60,637 nucleotides of DNA from an uncultured Novosphingobium sp. (GTDB lineage Bacteria > Pseudomonadota > Alphaproteobacteria > Sphingomonadales > Sphingomonadaceae): assembly GCA_964627175.1 (NCBI GenBank), contig CAZVHM010000002.1, positions 3,759 to 64,395 of the forward strand, read 5' to 3'. The notes beneath the pieces are model-generated. The model ran no database searches. It was not told the DNA's origin and worked only from the letters and a program-made list of their open reading frames with translations. Below, in pieces: positions 1 through 9,319 of the stretch (positions within the stretch are counted from its first letter, which is position 1; each line of letters opens with the position of its first letter). The position numbers and the translations under genes were made by a program.

Positions 1-498
1 TCAGCGCTTGCCGAACAGCTGGCATAGGCCAGCGGTGGACGGATCGCCGCTATTCCAGCTGAGCATGGGCAACAGCTTGTCCAGGTAGCCGAGGGCAATG
101 ATGCCATTCAGACCGATCGCAGCAACGCCCGAACCGATCGCCAGGGCATCACCCACGTTGATGATGTTGAGGTGCGCGATCGAGACGGAAATCGGGAAGG
201 CCAGGATGGCAGCGAGCGGAACCAGCCGGTTCGCGAGCATCATGACGCCGACGACGGCTTCGAGAATCTTGATCAGCGCAAACAGCCCCGAGTCGATCAG
301 TGCGCTGATCAGCTGATAGGCCAGGGCGGACGAGCCGGCGGGTTGCGGGAAGAACTCGACGAAGAAGTTGAGCCCGTTATACAGGAACCAGCCGCCGAAG
401 AAGAACTGGGCGGCATAGACGATTTGCATGAACACCCGGGATTTTCCGGAACCTTCGGTGGCAGGAGTTTCCCCGCCCGTCGAGCCTGCGATAGCCAT
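1..498 (-). CDS. DoxX-like membrane protein
   Basis: About 4 hydrophobic segments with 'GWFLYNGLNFF...KILEAVVGVMMLANRLVPLA'. ATG at 498 has a purine-rich RBS (AGGAAAAGGGGGAG). Resembles 45665..46357. Confidence 0.65.
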   Translation of the reverse strand: MAIAGSTGGETPATEGSGKSRVFMQIVYAAQFFFGGWFLYNGLNFFVEFFPQPAGSSALAYQLISALIDSGLFALIKILEAVVGVMMLANRLVPLAAILAFPISVSIAHLNIINVGDALAIGSGVAAIGLNGIIALGYLDKLLPMLSWNSGDPSTAGLCQLFGKR

Positions 499-615
499 CG
501 CGCTCCCCCTTTTCCTGTTATGTTGAGGCGATCGACGGAACATCGATAGCCCAAATTGCAGTTGATAGTGTTAGTCCATCTAAGCAGGGCATGGCAAGAG
601 GGGCCCTGTTCGGCG

Positions 616-1500
616 TCACGCTGCCCTGAGTGCGCTAGGCAAAGCCTGTTCCAGCGCCGCCACGAATTGCTGCACCTTGGGCGCACGATGACGCCGCTGC
701 GGATATACTGCAAGCACGGGTTCCGGGGCCCGGCGCCATTGGGTCAACAAGGGAACCAGCTTGCCCGTCCGCATCCCTTCGCTGACATGGTCTCGCGGCA
801 GATGGCATATGCCAAGGCCGCCGAGCGCCGCATCGAGCAGGGCCTTGCCGCTGTTACAGCGCCAACGCCCGCGAGGGTGAATCACTCGTGGCGTGCCATT
901 TTCCATGAAGTGCCATGGATCTACCACCCCAAGCAGGCATTCATGCTGATATAGGTCGGACGGCGTTTCAAGCTTTGCGCGATTGGACAGGTATGATGGG
1001 GCCGCGCAGGTTTCGTAAGGCCGGACAGCGATTTCGTAGCCAACCAGGCGCGAATCCGACACATGCCCTCCGCGGATCGCAAGGTCGAAGCCCTCCGCGA
1101 TGATGTCAACCGGCCGGTTGCTGAAGTCCAGCCAGACGGTGAGCGACGGATGCGCCCGAGCGAAGCTACTCGCGATCGGCGCGATAAAGCTTTCGCCCAG
1201 CCCAGTCGAGCAACTGATCCTCAATTCTCCGGAGACTTCGCTGTCGCCACCGATGCTGGTCAGCAGGTTTTCCCGGTCCTCGATGATGTGGCGAACCTGG
1301 TTGATGAAGGCCTCCCCCGCTGCCGTAAGGCTGACTCGCCGGGTGGTGCGGCTGAAGATCTGGGTGCCGATCCGTTCTTCGAGCCGCGCAACCGCCCGGC
1401 TGATATGTGAGGTTGAGACCTTGAGGATGCGCGCACCGCCCACGAAGGAGCCTGCATCGGCAACCACCACGGCCTCTTCCAGCCCTTCCCATCGCGTCAT
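616..1500 (-). CDS. LysR-family transcriptional regulator (CrgA-like)
   Basis: N-terminal HTH 'GSFVGGARILKVSTSHISRAVARLEERIGTQIFSRTTRRVSLT' plus substrate domain 'DIIAEGFDLAIR'. Confidence 0.93.
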   Translation of the reverse strand: MTRWEGLEEAVVVADAGSFVGGARILKVSTSHISRAVARLEERIGTQIFSRTTRRVSLTAAGEAFINQVRHIIEDRENLLTSIGGDSEVSGELRISCSTGLGESFIAPIASSFARAHPSLTVWLDFSNRPVDIIAEGFDLAIRGGHVSDSRLVGYEIAVRPYETCAAPSYLSNRAKLETPSDLYQHECLLGVVDPWHFMENGTPRVIHPRGRWRCNSGKALLDAALGGLGICHLPRDHVSEGMRTGKLVPLLTQWRRAPEPVLAVYPQRRHRAPKVQQFVAALEQALPSALRAA

Positions 1501-1734
1501 ATTATCCCCCGTCCGCAATAATGAAATGCAGACTAGCACCTTTCACCTTGCATTCAATTGTGTGTAACACTTGCAGAGAAGGACGAACGGCGGGGCGGGA
1601 AACAGGTGCCGGGCAGGCGCGATCAGGGCCATAGGGCGTTTAATCGCGTAACAGTCACGTTGCACACGTCTCCCCTCGGCGGTCGAAACCGGAAAACAAA
1701 CGCAGGAAACATACCTGCGACGGGGGAGAGGGGA

Positions 1735-3126
1735 ATGGACAAGCAGGCGGCAGGACCGCAGTCCATCAACGTGGGGCTGGTTTCCGCGCTGATTGGCGCG
1801 GTACAGATGATCATCACGACGGATATCACCGCTCTGGGCGTGTTGATGCCGTCCATCAACCAGACATTTCCGGTCAGCCCGGCAGCGCTGGGCGGCATTC
1901 TGAGCTTCGAGGCACTGGTGTTCGCCTGCTTCATGCTGATCGGCGGCAAACTTTCCGATATCCACGGCGCGCGCATGTGCGTGGTTGCGGGGTTGCTGGT
2001 CGTGGCGGCAGGAGCGGCCGTTGCCACCATTGCCCCGACCTTCGCCGTGCTGATCGGCGGACGCGTGCTGTTTGGCCTTGGCGCCGCCCTCATGATTCCG
2101 GCGAACTTTGCCCTTCTCAACACCGCCATCCCCGAAGGTCGCCCGCGTCAGCGGGCCTATGGCATCTTCGCCGCTGTCCAGGGGGTTGCCCAGTTTGTCG
2201 GCCCTGCCGTAGCGGGCTATCTTTCCGGAACGCTGGGCTGGCGCGCGTTCTTTGGCGTGAACGTCATTTTCATCCTGCTGGTCGCGGTGGCTTGCCATGC
2301 AGCATTGCCTCGCAGCACCGCTCGTCCGCGTGCCTTCGACGTGACTGGCGCTGTGCTCTTTGTTCCGGCCATCATGCTCATCGTGCTGGCTCTTTCCGGT
2401 GGGTCGGGTGCAATCACCTCGTCTGCGCTTCGGCTTGGCCTGGCGGCAGCGGGCGTCATCCTGATGGCAGTCTTCCTGCGAACGCAGCGGAATGCGGCAG
2501 AGCCGCTGCTGCCGCCTGCCATCCACGAGCATCGGGGTGCAAAGCCGTTGTTGCTGGCTATGGGCGCAACAATGGCGGCAAGCAGCGCGCTGTTCCTGCT
2601 GCCGGGGTTGGTGATGCAACGTGTGCTGGGCATGACTCCGGCCGACGCAGGTCTTGGCATGCTGCCGCATGCGATCACCGCCACGGTAACAGGAAACCTG
2701 GTGGGCCTGTTCATGGCGCGGCTGCCTCTCCGCACCAACGCCTTACTGGGCATGGCGGTGCTGGCGACAGGGCTATTCCTGAACGGGTGGATGCAGCCGG
2801 AATTTGGTTATTCCCTGAATGTCATGGTGCCGATGATCGTCGGGGCAGCAGGCAGCATCTTTTCTGTAATCATGTTGTCCGCGCTGATCAGCAGCGTTCA
2901 ATCGCCTGAACAGCAGGGCGTCGCCTCGGCCGTTATCTTTGTTTGCCAGCAGGTGGGCATCTCGCTCGGTTCGGCGGCGATCCTTTCGATCAGCGCATGG
3001 AGCGACCAGCCAATCGTGGCCTACAACTACGCATTCCTTGCCGCTGCGGCGATCGCCTTTGTCGGGCTTGTCGCGATCTTGTCGGCAAGGCTGCCTCGCG
3101 CGGAGGGTGTGCCCCTCAACGCATGA
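1735..3126 (+). CDS. MFS transporter, DHA2 (14-TMS)-like
   Basis: 'GGKLSDIHGAR' motif A, 'GRVLFGLGAALMIP', many TM helices. ATG follows GAGAGGGGA. Confidence 0.88.
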   Translation: MDKQAAGPQSINVGLVSALIGAVQMIITTDITALGVLMPSINQTFPVSPAALGGILSFEALVFACFMLIGGKLSDIHGARMCVVAGLLVVAAGAAVATIAPTFAVLIGGRVLFGLGAALMIPANFALLNTAIPEGRPRQRAYGIFAAVQGVAQFVGPAVAGYLSGTLGWRAFFGVNVIFILLVAVACHAALPRSTARPRAFDVTGAVLFVPAIMLIVLALSGGSGAITSSALRLGLAAAGVILMAVFLRTQRNAAEPLLPPAIHEHRGAKPLLLAMGATMAASSALFLLPGLVMQRVLGMTPADAGLGMLPHAITATVTGNLVGLFMARLPLRTNALLGMAVLATGLFLNGWMQPEFGYSLNVMVPMIVGAAGSIFSVIMLSALISSVQSPEQQGVASAVIFVCQQVGISLGSAAILSISAWSDQPIVAYNYAFLAAAAIAFVGLVAILSARLPRAEGVPLNA

Positions 3127-3205
3127 CTTGCAAACGACCGCCCCCATTCAAGGACGGCCGTTTGCGCATCAAATCAAAAAACAGAACGCACAGAGAGGTA
3201 AAATT

Positions 3206-5488
3206 ATGAATACTCAGAGGCTCACCAAGTTTTCCGCATCCTCCCTCGCAATCGCAGTTGCGTCGGCCCTGCTGGTTCCCGGCGCGGCCCTGGCACAGCA
3301 GGCGCCGGCCGAAGATGGCGGCCTTGCCGAAATCATCGTCACCGCATCCAAGCGTGCCACCAACCTACAGAAGGAATCGCGCGCGGTTTCTGTGGTCGAT
3401 GCCACCACGCTCGAACGCGCGTCCGTAGTTGATCCCACTGCCGTGCAGAATCTCGTGGCCGGCGTGAACATCACCCCCAACGGCCAGCAGATGCAGATTT
3501 ATATCCGCGGCGTTGGCGATCAGACCATCAACGCCACCACCGATCCGGCCGTGGCCGTGAACGTGGACGGCGTCTACTTCCCCCGCGCCTATCAGGCGTC
3601 CACCCAGTTCTTCGATCTTGAGCGGGTCGAAGTGCTCAAGGGCCCGCAGGGCACGCTCTATGGCCGCAATGCCTCGGCCGGTGCGATGAACCTGATCAGC
3701 GCCCGACCGAAGTTCGAGTTCGGCGGCTTTATTGAAGGCGAATACGGCAATTTCGACAGCAAGCGCCTGGCCGGCGCGGTCAACATGCCGTTCTCCGACA
3801 AGGTGGCCCTACGTCTCGCAGGCCAGATCATCGATCGTGATGGCTACCTGACCGATGGCTATAACGATGCCAAGAGCGAGGCCTTGCGCGCCAGCCTGCT
3901 GATCCAGGCCAGCCCGCAGACTTCGCTGCTGATCACCGGCTCCTATGCCCATCAGGGCGGCATGGGCTCGTCCAGCGTGCTGCTGCCGAACTTCTCCGGG
4001 GCTTCCGACGCGTTTGGCCCGCGGCCGACCAACCCCTGGGCCGGACCGACCGACCCCGCAACGGTTGCCCGCATCCGTTCGAAGGATGGCGCCGACGCCA
4101 TGATCCATATCGTGGATCCGACCAAGAGCTGGATGCCGAAAGGCTTTGTCGATGCGGAGATCTATTCGCTGGCCGCCAACTTCGAGCATCAGTTTGAAGG
4201 CGCCACACTGACGATTATGCCCAGCTACGTCGGCTCCAAGTTCAAGAGCTGGATTACCTCGGCAGTTACCGTTCCCTCTTACGACGATGCCACCAGCAAC
4301 CAGATGGGTATCGAAACGCGCCTTTCGTCACCGGCCGCCTCGCGCCACAAATGGGTGATTGGCGCCATGGCCATGCACGAAGATGGTGGCAGCAATTACC
4401 AGAGCTGGATCAAGATCCCGACGGATTCGCTGCTGCAGGTGACCGAAGCCCCGACCCGTAACGACACCACGCTCGGCCTGTTCGGCGAAGCCAATATCGC
4501 GCTGACCGACCAGTTCCGCGCGATCCTTGGCGGGCGCTACACTTGGGAAAAGAAGGTGGTCGAAGGCGTCACGGACTCCGCAGTTGGCGCGTTCGGCGGC
4601 CTTGCCGCGCCCTACAACGGTTTTCCGCCGCTGGATATCAGTGGGCTTGCAGTCAACTCTCCGACGGCGCTCGACGTTTCCGGCAAGCGGACTGATAAGG
4701 CATTCAACTTCCGCGCCGGCGTTGAATATGACCTGTCACCGGACTCGATGGCCTACGCAACCGTGGCTACCGGGTTCAAGGCAGGCGGCTTCTATAACGA
4801 CGTGACAGGCGCCAACAGCTACAAGCCGGAAAAGCTGACTGCCTATACCGCCGGCATCAAGAACCGCTTCCTGAACAACAACCTGCAGATCAACCTCGAA
4901 GCCTTCTTCTGGGACTATACCGACAAGCAGGAAACCTACCTCGGCCCGCTGTCGATCAACCCTGAAAGCGTCCTGCTTATTACGGCCAATGCCGCTTCAG
5001 CTGAGATCTACGGCGCAGAACTGACCACCATGCTCAAACTGTCGGACAACGATGTACTGTCCGGCGATGCAACCTACACTCATGCGCGCTACGGCTTTTT
5101 TGAAAAGCCAGGCTTCCCGTTCGGGATCGTCAACAATACGGGCAAGCCGCTGATGCGCGCTCCCGATTGGGCTGGGCGCGTCAGCTACGAGCGGACCCAG
5201 CCGCTGGGCGGCGATCTGGGTGAGTTGATCCTGAATGCCTCGATGCGCTTCAGCTCCAAGTATTGGCTGGATGATGCGCTGACGTTCGTGAACCCCGCCT
5301 ATCAGGTGTTCGATGCCTCGCTCACCTGGCAGTCGCCTGCGAAGACCGTGTCGATCACCGGTTTCATGAAGAACATCGGCGACAAGGCTTACTACACCGG
5401 CGGGATCTGGGTGCCCACTCCTTCCGATGGCCTCGGCCAGATCGCAGCTCCGCGCACGTATGGCGTGCGGGCCAAGATCAACTTCTGA
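3206..5488 (+). CDS. TonB-dependent receptor
   Basis: Signal peptide, TonB box 'EIIVTASKR', plug motif 'DLERVEVLKGPQGTLYGRNASAG', C-terminal Phe. AGAGG RBS. Confidence 0.95.
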   Translation: MNTQRLTKFSASSLAIAVASALLVPGAALAQQAPAEDGGLAEIIVTASKRATNLQKESRAVSVVDATTLERASVVDPTAVQNLVAGVNITPNGQQMQIYIRGVGDQTINATTDPAVAVNVDGVYFPRAYQASTQFFDLERVEVLKGPQGTLYGRNASAGAMNLISARPKFEFGGFIEGEYGNFDSKRLAGAVNMPFSDKVALRLAGQIIDRDGYLTDGYNDAKSEALRASLLIQASPQTSLLITGSYAHQGGMGSSSVLLPNFSGASDAFGPRPTNPWAGPTDPATVARIRSKDGADAMIHIVDPTKSWMPKGFVDAEIYSLAANFEHQFEGATLTIMPSYVGSKFKSWITSAVTVPSYDDATSNQMGIETRLSSPAASRHKWVIGAMAMHEDGGSNYQSWIKIPTDSLLQVTEAPTRNDTTLGLFGEANIALTDQFRAILGGRYTWEKKVVEGVTDSAVGAFGGLAAPYNGFPPLDISGLAVNSPTALDVSGKRTDKAFNFRAGVEYDLSPDSMAYATVATGFKAGGFYNDVTGANSYKPEKLTAYTAGIKNRFLNNNLQINLEAFFWDYTDKQETYLGPLSINPESVLLITANAASAEIYGAELTTMLKLSDNDVLSGDATYTHARYGFFEKPGFPFGIVNNTGKPLMRAPDWAGRVSYERTQPLGGDLGELILNASMRFSSKYWLDDALTFVNPAYQVFDASLTWQSPAKTVSITGFMKNIGDKAYYTGGIWVPTPSDGLGQIAAPRTYGVRAKINF

Positions 5489-5499
5489 CGACACTACAT

Positions 5500-5525
5500 G
5501 CCCCCGCGCAACGCCGCGCGGGGGC
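5500..5525 (+). other. GC-rich stem-loop between TBDR and SDR (mRNA stabiliser/attenuator)
   Basis: GCCCCCGCGC...GCGCGGGGGC inverted repeat with no U-tract. Confidence 0.5.
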
Positions 5526-5554
5526 TCCTACATGCTTTAATCCGGAGAATTAAA

Positions 5555-6304
5555 ATGGGATTCCTTGACGGCAAGACGGTCGTGGTGACCGGCGGCGCGC
5601 GGGGCATTGGGGCGGCCATCGCATTTCGCCTTGCCCGCGAAGGGGCGGCTATCGCGATTGTCGACATTGGCGATGCCACCCAGGCCGTGGATGAAATCCG
5701 CAGCGTCGGGGTAAATTGCCAGGCATTCAATACCGATGTCTCCGATCCGGCCGCCGTGCTTGCACTGCGAGACGAAGTCACTGCCGCGCTCGGCACGCCC
5801 TCTGTGCTGGTGAACAACGCCGCCCTGCACCCGCACCCCACCCCCCTTGCGGAACTGACGTTCGAATACTGGCGCAAGACGATGTCGGTGAACCTCGATT
5901 CCGTGTTCCTGATGTGCCAGGCATTCCTGCCCGCCATGCGCGCGGCCGGCTGGGGCCGGATCATCAATGTCTCTTCATCCTCGTTCAATGCCGCGCCGCC
6001 CAATGGCGCTCCCTATATCTCCAGCAAAGGCGGCGTCGTGGGCCTGACCCGCGCCATCGCCGCGGAAGTTGGCGTTGATGGCGTGACCTGCAACGCCATC
6101 GCCCCCAACCCCGTGCGTACGCCCGGAGCAGATGGCTCGTTGACAGAGGAAATGTTCCAGATGATCGCGGCAATGCAGCCGGTGCCCAAGGTAATGGAAC
6201 CGCGCGATGTGTCGGGTATTGTGGCCTTCCTGTGCCGTCAGGAAGCCAGCTTCATGACGGGCCAGCATCTCCATATAGATGGCGGCGCCATCCGGGGCGA
6301 TTGA
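5555..6304 (+). CDS. Short-chain dehydrogenase/reductase
   Basis: TGGARGIG, VNNA and catalytic YISSK. GGAG RBS. Confidence 0.93.
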   Translation: MGFLDGKTVVVTGGARGIGAAIAFRLAREGAAIAIVDIGDATQAVDEIRSVGVNCQAFNTDVSDPAAVLALRDEVTAALGTPSVLVNNAALHPHPTPLAELTFEYWRKTMSVNLDSVFLMCQAFLPAMRAAGWGRIINVSSSSFNAAPPNGAPYISSKGGVVGLTRAIAAEVGVDGVTCNAIAPNPVRTPGADGSLTEEMFQMIAAMQPVPKVMEPRDVSGIVAFLCRQEASFMTGQHLHIDGGAIRGD

Positions 6305-6319
6305 TCGCGCTTTGCATCC

Positions 6320-6349
6320 GGCCTAGGGCGCTGATCGGCGCCCTAGGCC
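6320..6349 (+). other. Stem-loop after SDR
   Basis: GGCCTAGGGCGC-TGATCG-GCGCCCTAGGCC perfect inverted repeat with no U-tract. Confidence 0.55.
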
Positions 6350-6380
6350 CACACATGACCGCCTGCTCGCGGAGCCTGCC

Positions 6381-7574
6381 TTGAAACCGCTTCAGATTGC
6401 CGCTCTTTCCGGCGTTACCGCGATCGCACCTATCGCGCTGGATATGTATCTTCCCGCAGCGGTCAGCCTTGCTGCTTCGCTCGGGGCGCCGCGCAGCGCC
6501 ATTGCCAGCACCGTCTCGGTCTTTCTGCTTGGCCTGTCGGTCGGCCAGTTGGTGGCAGGCCCCCTGTCCGACCGTTTCGGCCGGCGCCCGATGATCCTCG
6601 GCGGCCTTTTCCTTTTCGCGCTTGCCTCGTGGGCGGCCAGCGTCACTACCAGCTTCAACCTGCTGCTTGTTGCGCGGCTTTTCCAGGCACTCGGGGCCTG
6701 CGCGGCGCTCAGTTCGAGCCGCGCCATGGTCAGCGACCTGCTCGATGCCAAAGGCGCGGCGATGGTGTTTTCGCGGCTGGCGCTGGTCGGAGGCGCAGCT
6801 CCCGTGCTGGCTCCGCTGGCCGGTGCATGGTTGGTCACGATGGGCAGCTGGCGGCTCAATTTCGTGGCGATGGGTGTGCTGGGCGTTGCCATGCTGCTGC
6901 TCAGCTGGACCGCGCTCTCAGAAAGCCGCTCCACCGCCAGCGCCAGCCATGCCCGCAGCGAAACAGCGTTCGGTGCTTATCTCGCGCTGCTCGGCAACCG
7001 GCCATTCCGGCTTTATCTGCTAGCCGCCGCGTGCAACAGTGCCGCATTCTTTTCCTATCTCGGCAATTCACCGGAAATCTACCAGCACGTCTATGGGTTA
7101 AACCCGACCCAGTTCAGCCTCATCTTTGCGGTCAATGCGGTTGCGCTTGTCTCGGCCACCCAGATCAACCGGCGCCTGCTGACGCGGATGCCCACGCTCA
7201 CCGTGCTGGGGCTGTCCGCCCGCAATGCGGTCCTGCTGGGGGCGGCCTTCGTCCTGTTCGGGTTGACCGGATTTGGCGGGGTCTATTCGCTGTCGGTGCT
7301 GTTTTTCCTGCTCGCCGGTAGCATTGCGCCGGTCCAGGCCAACACGATGGCCGGCGGCATGGCGTGCGATCGCCTGCGCGTGGGAACGGCTGCCGCCCTG
7401 TTCGGCACGGCCACTTTTGCCGCTGGCGCGTTGATCGCGTGGATCGGGGCACGGCTTTATGACAATACAGCAGGGCCCCTGTCGCTGCTGATCGGTGCCT
7501 TCCTCGTCGCTTCGGCCGGCGCGGTCTTCGCGCTCAAGCGCCACGAGCGCCGCGTCGCGGCGCCCGTGGCCTAG
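6381..7574 (+). CDS. Bcr/CflA-family (DHA1) MFS efflux transporter
   Basis: 'PIALDMYLPA', 'GPLSDRFGRRP', 'ARLFQALGACA'. TTG start after GGAG. Confidence 0.9.
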   Translation: MKPLQIAALSGVTAIAPIALDMYLPAAVSLAASLGAPRSAIASTVSVFLLGLSVGQLVAGPLSDRFGRRPMILGGLFLFALASWAASVTTSFNLLLVARLFQALGACAALSSSRAMVSDLLDAKGAAMVFSRLALVGGAAPVLAPLAGAWLVTMGSWRLNFVAMGVLGVAMLLLSWTALSESRSTASASHARSETAFGAYLALLGNRPFRLYLLAAACNSAAFFSYLGNSPEIYQHVYGLNPTQFSLIFAVNAVALVSATQINRRLLTRMPTLTVLGLSARNAVLLGAAFVLFGLTGFGGVYSLSVLFFLLAGSIAPVQANTMAGGMACDRLRVGTAAALFGTATFAAGALIAWIGARLYDNTAGPLSLLIGAFLVASAGAVFALKRHERRVAAPVA

Positions 7575-7577
7575 CGG

Positions 7578-8465
7578 TCAGTCCTGCGAGAGGAAGGCAA
7601 AGGCAAACGCATCCCCGCGGCGAACGATGTGCCCCGCGGTGGTGCCCCGGAAGTGAGCCGGAAAAACTACGGTGTTCGTATCCGCATAGCGCTCGAACAA
7701 GCCAGTCCGCGTGGCGACGGCCATGGCCGGATCGTGATCGGCGAAGAAGGGATATTGCGGGGTGGAAAGCTGGACCGGGTGATGGAAAATATCGCCCGAA
7801 AACACCGCGTGGCCTCCCCCGCTCTGAGCATGGATCAGGCAACTGCCGGGCGAATGGCCAAACGCCCCTTCAAGCCAGATCCCTTCTCCTTTGGCGCCAT
7901 GCAACACAGCGTCTTCGTCGACGATGTGGGCCAGTCCCGCTTCAACCACCGGCTTGACCGAATCTTCATAGGCCTCGGCATGAAAAGGTTCGTGGTGCTG
8001 CGTGCTGAAGAAGTCGAAGTCGCGCCGCCCGAAGACATAGCGGGCGTTGGGGAAAGTCGGCACCCACTGCCCGTCTACCAGCATCGTGTTCCACCCGATG
8101 TGGTCGAGATGAAGGTGAGTGCAAACCACCATGTCGATTTCTTCGCGCCGGATTCCCAACGCTTCCAAGCGCTGCAGGTAGGGCGTGTTGAGCTGGTGGG
8201 CGAGCGGCACTGAACGGTTCTTGTGATTGCCGCTGCAAGTGTCGACGATCACCGTCTTGCCACCCATCCGCACGACGAACGAATGCACACTCAGCGTGAA
8301 CATGGCCTTCGCCGGATCGAGATCCAGCGTCTCGTCCCAATACCATTCGCGCAGCGTGGCAAGGTCGGCGGCGGTTACCTGTGGAAGCGAGAAGCCGAGC
8401 GGCATCGAGCCTTCATCCTCGAACACCTTGTCGACTGTCATCTGCCCAAGCCGAACCTGCTTCAT
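7578..8465 (-). CDS. Metallo-beta-lactamase-fold hydrolase (lactonase-like, YtnP/AiiA-related)
   Basis: THLHLDHIG (HxHxDH), GHSPG, SGD and PAHF metal ligands. Confidence 0.9.
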   Translation of the reverse strand: MKQVRLGQMTVDKVFEDEGSMPLGFSLPQVTAADLATLREWYWDETLDLDPAKAMFTLSVHSFVVRMGGKTVIVDTCSGNHKNRSVPLAHQLNTPYLQRLEALGIRREEIDMVVCTHLHLDHIGWNTMLVDGQWVPTFPNARYVFGRRDFDFFSTQHHEPFHAEAYEDSVKPVVEAGLAHIVDEDAVLHGAKGEGIWLEGAFGHSPGSCLIHAQSGGGHAVFSGDIFHHPVQLSTPQYPFFADHDPAMAVATRTGLFERYADTNTVVFPAHFRGTTAGHIVRRGDAFAFAFLSQD

Positions 8466-8493
8466 TCCCGTTATCCTCTCTCGTTAGCCAGTG

Positions 8494-9270
8494 TCAGTGC
8501 TTGGCGTTGCCACCGTCAACCACAAGCGACTGTCCGGTGATGAATTGTGCATCGTCACTGGCGAAAAAGGCAACCGCTGCCGCAGCATATTCGGGCAGGC
8601 CTCGCATCGGCAGCGCCTGCATGGAAACCATGTGATCCCACATCGCGTCGAACCCGGCCTGGTCGAAATTGCCTTCCCCATCGTGGAATGCGGCTGAAGT
8701 TCCTGGCGTAATCGTCGGCCCCGGTGCCACGGCGTTCACCGTGATGCCAAACGCCCCCAGTTCCGCGGACATGGCCCGCACAAAGCCCATGCTGCCAGCT
8801 TTCGACGCAATATATGCGGAAAGGCCCGGCACACCGAAGAAGATGCTGTTGGAAATCAGATTGATGATGCGCCCGCCGCCCTGCGCCTTCATCTGCGGGA
8901 TCGCCTGCTGCGTGGCCAGGTACATTCCGTCGAGGTTCAGATCCATGATCTTGCGCCAGTCCTCGAACGAGGCACTGTCATGCGGGGTAAAATCATAGCG
9001 GCCGGCATTGTTGACCAGCACCCAGGCATTGCCCAGTTCTGCCGCGATTGCGGAAAAGGTTGCCGCAATTTCGGCCGGCTTGGTCATGTCGCACTGATAG
9101 CCCCGGGCGACGCCCCCTGCCCCGGCAATTGCCGCCACGCATTCGTCCGGCGCTTGGCGGTCGATCGCGGCGACGGTGAAGCCATCGCGCGCGAGCCGTT
9201 CAGCACAGGCGCGCCCTATGCCTTGGGCGGCGCCGGTCACTATGGCAATGCGCGGAGTGTTGTCTGTCAT
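8494..9270 (-). CDS. Short-chain dehydrogenase (pyridoxal 4-dehydrogenase / 1-phenylethanol dehydrogenase-like subfamily)
   Basis: TGAAQGIG, VNNAG, YIASK and C-terminal 'ASDDAQFITGQSLVVDGG'. AAGGA RBS. Confidence 0.9.
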   Translation of the reverse strand: MTDNTPRIAIVTGAAQGIGRACAERLARDGFTVAAIDRQAPDECVAAIAGAGGVARGYQCDMTKPAEIAATFSAIAAELGNAWVLVNNAGRYDFTPHDSASFEDWRKIMDLNLDGMYLATQQAIPQMKAQGGGRIINLISNSIFFGVPGLSAYIASKAGSMGFVRAMSAELGAFGITVNAVAPGPTITPGTSAAFHDGEGNFDQAGFDAMWDHMVSMQALPMRGLPEYAAAAVAFFASDDAQFITGQSLVVDGGNAKH

Positions 9271-9319
9271 GGTCATTCCTTGTCGCATCTGCGCTGTGAC
9301 CGGCGCTGCCGGTACCTGC

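Noticed and set aside
7578-8465. Antibiotic-resistance beta-lactamase or quorum-quenching gene
   Set aside because: It has no signal peptide and sits in a TBDR-SDR catabolic operon. The fold alone does not support either role.
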